A stretch of 64,000 nt of DNA from an uncultured Planctomycetaceae bacterium (GTDB lineage: Bacteria > Planctomycetota > Planctomycetia > Planctomycetales > Planctomycetaceae), in assembly GCA_963976765.1 (NCBI GenBank), contig CAXBME010000004.1, forward strand, positions 1 through 64,000, given 5' to 3'. Below the pieces are notes generated by a model, which was not told the DNA's origin, did not search any database, and saw only the letters and a program-made list of their open reading frames with translations. Below, piece by piece: positions 59,574 to 64,000 of this stretch. Position numbers and translations under genes: made by a program. The first letter of the stretch is position 1; each line of letters begins with the position of its first letter.

Positions 59574-60533
59574 TTAATCCGCTCTGCACTCGCCACATAG
59601 AATTCGTGGTGTGATCTGCTGGCGAAGATTCATATCAGTGATTCTTCGAATCCGCCGATCGCCACACTCCACGCAAGATGCAAACTTTATCGAGTCCCAC
59701 GTGTCCATGAACACTCGCCCGGCGCCGAGCTGAATACCTCGTTCCTGGACGGTTTCCATCGACGCAAGCTGCGGCGACACGAACAGGTCATCGGCTTCGA
59801 GCTGCTCCATGATTCCGTTGCCGGCCCGAGTCGGCACAACTGAGCAGCACGACACTCCGGCCTGGAATGCAAACTCGATCGACCGCATGGCCCATTCGAT
59901 GCCTTCCTCCTCGGTCAAAAACGGCGGCCTCAGCAGGATGAAGGTTCTGAGCCGGACACCTTCGCTCCGCAGCCGCTTTGCCGCTTGCGAAAAATCATCT
60001 GTCGTCATCTGCTTGTTCAATCGCGGCAGAACATCCGGATGTACGGTTTCGAGACCGAGCGCGATCTCCAGTTCGACGTGATGAGCTGCCAGCATGTCTC
60101 GAAACTCGAAACACCCGTCTCCGCAAAGCTTCGGGTGATTTTCGACGATGACCGACTTGAAACTCCGAACTTGATCAACGATCGTCGGCCAGTCTTCCTT
60201 CGGAATCGCCTTCGCATCGAAGAAGTTTCCCGAGTTGTAAAGCTTAACGTGCTGAGCCTTCGGTAGCCGCTGAAGCGCGTATTCAATCTGCCGGGGAATC
60301 GCACCGACCGGCACGGATTCGATCGTTGTGTTCTTCCAGAGATCGCACATCAGGCATCGAAACGGGCATTCGCGATTCGTCAGAAATATCGTGGCGACAT
60401 CTTCAACAGCACCCTCCGCACTTCGCTCCGGTTCGACGATAAATTCGTAAGGCCGATCAACGTCGAGCGAGTTTCTTTCCGGTCGTGCTCGGACAATTTC
60501 GCGATCTCGGATTTCCTGAAAACGTCGCTCCAC
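59574..60533 (-). CDS. Radical SAM protein, RaSEA/TIGR01210-like
   Basis: CPFRCLMC (CxxxCxxC), KLYNSGNFFD, VENHP, EIALGLET, FILLRPPFL. Confidence 0.8.
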   Translation of the reverse strand: MERRFQEIRDREIVRARPERNSLDVDRPYEFIVEPERSAEGAVEDVATIFLTNRECPFRCLMCDLWKNTTIESVPVGAIPRQIEYALQRLPKAQHVKLYNSGNFFDAKAIPKEDWPTIVDQVRSFKSVIVENHPKLCGDGCFEFRDMLAAHHVELEIALGLETVHPDVLPRLNKQMTTDDFSQAAKRLRSEGVRLRTFILLRPPFLTEEEGIEWAMRSIEFAFQAGVSCCSVVPTRAGNGIMEQLEADDLFVSPQLASMETVQERGIQLGAGRVFMDTWDSIKFASCVECGDRRIRRITDMNLRQQITPRILCGECRAD

Positions 60534-60684
60534 TTCGTCACCTATCGCAGGTCAGGTACTGCCTGTCGAAGTCCAATACTCAGATTGGACTCCGGAAGAA
60601 AAGGAAAACACGGAATTCAACACGACCGTTCCGTGTCTTTCGTAGTCTCTCGTTAAAAAGTGACTGCCGACAGCAGCGCATGAG

Positions 60685-60720
60685 AAAACGGCGACACGAT
60701 TCTAAACCGTGTCGCCGTTT
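60685..60720 (-). terminator. Rho-independent terminator of the ompA-like gene
   Basis: aaaacggcgacacg-attctaaac-cgtgtcgccgttt hairpin with flanking A/T runs. Confidence 0.75.
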
Positions 60721-60761
60721 GAAACTGTCGTCAACCGCGTTCAAATCAGATCGTGAAGGAA

Positions 60762-61583
60762 TTATCGAGTCGAGCTGTCGCTGCCGATCGGATCCCAGCC
60801 GGCGATTGCGGCTTCCGGAGCCAGTACGAAGATCTCCACGCGCCGGTTCTGGCTGCGGTTTTTATCGTCGGTGTTTGGGACGACCGGCTGATTATCGGCG
60901 TAGCCGGCGGCACCCATTCGCTCTTTTCCAAGTCCTGCTTTTCCAAGGTCGACAACGACGCTGTTGGCACGGTTCGTTGAAAGGTGCCAGTTTGTTGGAT
61001 GCTGGGCTCTGGTTGACGCCTTGCTGATCGGTTTGTCATCCGTGTGCCCGACGACAAGGATATTCAGTCGTTTGGCTTCGCCCTCGTTCATGATCTTTGC
61101 AAAATCACGAAGCAACTGAGTCGCGCTGGACTTAATCGTCGCGCTGCCGGAATCAAACAGGACGTCCGACGAGAACTTGCTGACGCCGGTGTCTGGATCG
61201 AAATTGAATCCTGGGTATTTTTTCACCAGGTCGGCGAACTTCTGATTCGCAGACTGTGGGAGCGGATTCTGAAGGTTCTTCAACTGATCCTGCAGCGAGA
61301 CGAACCGGTTTTTCATCTGGTCCCGCTCAGCGTTGAGATTGTCCAGCCGCGAATTCGCGACATCCAGCCGCCTTTTGTAATCCTCGTTCTGCTGCTGAAG
61401 CTGCGCAAGTGACTGCGACGCGGCCGCATTCTGATCGGCCAGAGCTTTGTTCTGACCGTGCAGATCTCGAAGTTGAAGCTGGCTTTGTCGCAGCCAGTTA
61501 TTCGGAACAAGATTACACCCGGACTGCCCCAGCGCGAGAGCACTCACGACAAGACAGAGAAAGGCACGAGTCGAGACAAGCAT
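60762..61583 (-). CDS. OmpA/MotB-family lipoprotein with coiled coil
   Basis: Lipobox QSG|C, coiled coil, VLFDSGSA, VVGHTD, NWHLSTNRA, NRRVEI. Confidence 0.9.
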   Translation of the reverse strand: MLVSTRAFLCLVVSALALGQSGCNLVPNNWLRQSQLQLRDLHGQNKALADQNAAASQSLAQLQQQNEDYKRRLDVANSRLDNLNAERDQMKNRFVSLQDQLKNLQNPLPQSANQKFADLVKKYPGFNFDPDTGVSKFSSDVLFDSGSATIKSSATQLLRDFAKIMNEGEAKRLNILVVGHTDDKPISKASTRAQHPTNWHLSTNRANSVVVDLGKAGLGKERMGAAGYADNQPVVPNTDDKNRSQNRRVEIFVLAPEAAIAGWDPIGSDSSTR

Positions 61584-62108
61584 TCAGAACTCCTTTTCGT
61601 ACCGTCTGCTCTGATGAATCAGGAGAGAGGCCGTTTGTTGGGAAGGCGACACGCTGGCCCGCGGGAAGGCGTCGATGTCGAAGAAGGAGGGACCGTAACC
61701 GGCGCAGAAACACCCATCCCCGGCAAAAGGGACGTACGAAACAGCGACGGACAATGTTCAATTTGGGAAACTACAGCGAGATGGAGAGCGTTCGACAGGA
61801 CGTCGAGAGAGTTTCAGCGAAGGAAACTTTCGAGGAGGTCGCGGTTTATAACCAACCTCCGCCAGGCCACAAATACCAGTTTTCCGGGGTTTCGATTCAG
61901 TTTCCGAAGGTTCCGGCGATTTTCCACGACCAGAAAATTACTCGGCAATTCACAGCTCCGGCCGCTGCATTTTCGGAAAACGCTCTGTTAAACTCGGACG
62001 TTTCGCCCGCCGTCCTGGTGACTCGGAATTAGAGGACGCCGCGGGTGTTGCCGTTTTCAGACCTGATGATTCGCATCAATTGAACAACTTTCACAGGCGG
62101 ACTTCGTT

Positions 62109-63392
62109 GTGAGTGCAACTTCAGTAATCGGGCTTCAGTGGGGTGACGAGGCTAAAGGAAAAATTGTGGACCTGCTGACAGAGCAGCATGACATCGTGGT
62201 TCGATACCTCGGTGGCAACAACGCCGGCCACACCGTCATCTTCGGCGGCGAGACCTATAAACTGTCGCTGCTGCCCGCCGGAATTCTGCATGACTCCGTC
62301 GTTTCCGTCATCGCAACCGGTGTTGTCATCAACCCGAAAGCCTTCCTGGAAGAGCTCGGCCGGATCGTTGAACGTCGGGGCAATGTTCCTCCGGAACGGA
62401 TGCTGATCAGCGACCGAGCCCACGTCATCTTCCCATACCATATGGCCGAGGAAGCTGCGTTTGAAAAAGCTCGCGGGGGAGACGCCATCGGCACGACGAT
62501 GCGAGGCATCGGAACCTGCTACCGCGACAAGGCCGGACGAACTCACGCGATTCGAATGGGTGACCTCGTCAATCCAGAACGCCTGCGCCGCCGGCTGGAA
62601 GAGATCGTCCCGCAGAAAAACCGAGCCATCGCAGCTCTCGACGACGACTTTACACCGTTCGAAGTCGACGCGATTTTTGACGAGTACTCAAAGTACGCCG
62701 ACCAGCTTCGCCCGTACGTTACCGACACAACATCGTACCTGCACAAGGCCGTCGCCGGTGGTAAGAAGCTGCTGTTCGAAGGGGCTCAAGGCTGCCTGCT
62801 CGATATCGACCACGGATCGTTTCCGTACGTGACCTCGTCAAACAGCTCTGGCTGCGGTATCCACAGCGGCAGCGGCGTGTCTGAACGAGAAATCTCGAAG
62901 ATGATCGGCATTGTCAAAGCCTACACGACACGAGTCGGCGGCGGTCCTTTCCCAACCGAACTCGACGACGAAATCGGCCAGCACATCCGTGACGTCGGCA
63001 ACGAATACGGAACCGTCACTGGCCGGCCTCGTCGTTGCGGCTGGTTTGACGCCGTGGCCACCGGTTACGGAGCACGGCTCAGCGGAGTTGACTGCATTGC
63101 CGTCATGCTGGTCGACGTGCTCGACGGTCTGGACGAAATCAAGATCTGTGAGGCTTACGATTTCAACGGAGTTCGAACAACGGACTTCCCGTCGCACGTC
63201 GAAGACCTGGCTCAGATGAAGCCGATTTACCGAACGGTTCCCGGCTGGAAGAGCGACACTACCGGAGTCCGCAAGCGTGCCGACCTCCCGGCGAACGCAC
63301 TGAAGTACGTCGAGACCGTCGCTGAACTGGTTGGTTACCCCGTCGAAATTATCTCCGTCGGTCCCGACCGCGAACAGACGATTCTCGACTGA
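62109..63392 (+). CDS. purA: Adenylosuccinate synthetase
   Basis: [57 protein letters not shown]. Confidence 0.98.
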   Translation: MSATSVIGLQWGDEAKGKIVDLLTEQHDIVVRYLGGNNAGHTVIFGGETYKLSLLPAGILHDSVVSVIATGVVINPKAFLEELGRIVERRGNVPPERMLISDRAHVIFPYHMAEEAAFEKARGGDAIGTTMRGIGTCYRDKAGRTHAIRMGDLVNPERLRRRLEEIVPQKNRAIAALDDDFTPFEVDAIFDEYSKYADQLRPYVTDTTSYLHKAVAGGKKLLFEGAQGCLLDIDHGSFPYVTSSNSSGCGIHSGSGVSEREISKMIGIVKAYTTRVGGGPFPTELDDEIGQHIRDVGNEYGTVTGRPRRCGWFDAVATGYGARLSGVDCIAVMLVDVLDGLDEIKICEAYDFNGVRTTDFPSHVEDLAQMKPIYRTVPGWKSDTTGVRKRADLPANALKYVETVAELVGYPVEIISVGPDREQTILD

Positions 63393-63443
63393 CGGCTCAA
63401 GTCTGGTACAGGGTGCTCCGTAACTCTCTCGGCGAGTGGCAGT

Positions 63444-64000
63444 ATGATTACTCGATGCCTCGCAATTTTCGTTGTCCTGGTTCTGTCGGAATTGCCAGCG
63501 TTCGCCGAACCGCCACATGTCAGTTACATCTTTCCGGCGGGTGGGCAGCGAGGATCGGAGGTCTCGTTCAAGGTCGGCGGCCACTATCTCCATGAAGGCT
63601 GCCCGTTCAAAATGTCCGGGCCCGGTGTGACCGCGTCAGCTCGAATCGAACGCACGGAAACGGTCTGGTTCGAAGGCCCGCTGATTCCGCAACCAGCATC
63701 CCAACGCAAAGAAGATTACCCAAAGGACTATCTGGGCTCGGTGAAAATTGCGAATGACGCGCCGCTGGGAATCCGACTATGGCGAGTCAACACGTCGCAG
63801 GGTGTCACTTCGCGGATGAAGTTTGTGGTCGGCAATCTTCCCGAGGTCGTCGAAGAAGAAATCGATGGCGAACCAATCCCGGCGAGTGTCCAGCTTCCGG
63901 TCACGATTAACGGGCGCATCTTCCCAAGAGAAGACGTCGACATCTGGACGTTCGAAGCAAAAGCCGGCGAGCGGATCACGTGCGAAGTCAACGCCGCGAG
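63444..64000 (+). CDS. Secreted PPC-domain-type protein (runs off window end)
   Basis: Manual translation MITRCLAIFVVLVLSELPAFAEPPHVSYIFPAGGQRG...LPVTINGRIFPREDVDIWTFEAKAGE; open to the end of the window. Confidence 0.75.
   Translation, partial: MITRCLAIFVVLVLSELPAFAEPPHVSYIFPAGGQRGSEVSFKVGGHYLHEGCPFKMSGPGVTASARIERTETVWFEGPLIPQPASQRKEDYPKDYLGSVKIANDAPLGIRLWRVNTSQGVTSRMKFVVGNLPEVVEEEIDGEPIPASVQLPVTINGRIFPREDVDIWTFEAKAGERITCEVNAA

Noticed and set aside
61409..62032. ORFs in the ompA-purA divergent intergenic region
   Set aside because: No recognisable motifs and partial overlap with ompA; more likely promoter DNA.

Overview
This is a bacterial chromosomal window, most likely from a planctomycete (several Ser/Thr kinases paired with ECF sigma factors, planctomycete-style T2SS and PPC-type proteins). 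The backbone carries hisG, purA, upp, metK, panD, a GH57 glucanotransferase, an RND pump, an OmpA/MotB protein and a TadG-like vWA protein. The main accessory feature is a ~21 kb island (~9650-30589) anchored at a tRNA-Met(CAT). It is bounded by a 5'-damaged tyrosine integrase that reads antisense into the tRNA and, at the far end, by a homologous integrase relic. IS21 and IS630 remnants lie near its ends. Its cargo is a near-complete type II secretion-like cluster (gspD, E-K, PilMN-like and PilO/GspC-like genes). A lipoprotein and a secreted DUF642/di-heme cytochrome c peroxidase-family protein sit between gspD and gspE. Other notable items are a circularly permuted alkaline phosphatase, an ECF-kinase-ECF triad with differing sigma2.2 motifs, a receptor-like kinase fused to a probably inactive caspase-like domain, a stand-alone OLD nuclease beside a truncated ECF gene, and a RaSEA-like radical SAM gene. 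All calls come from reading motifs by eye; no database searches were run.
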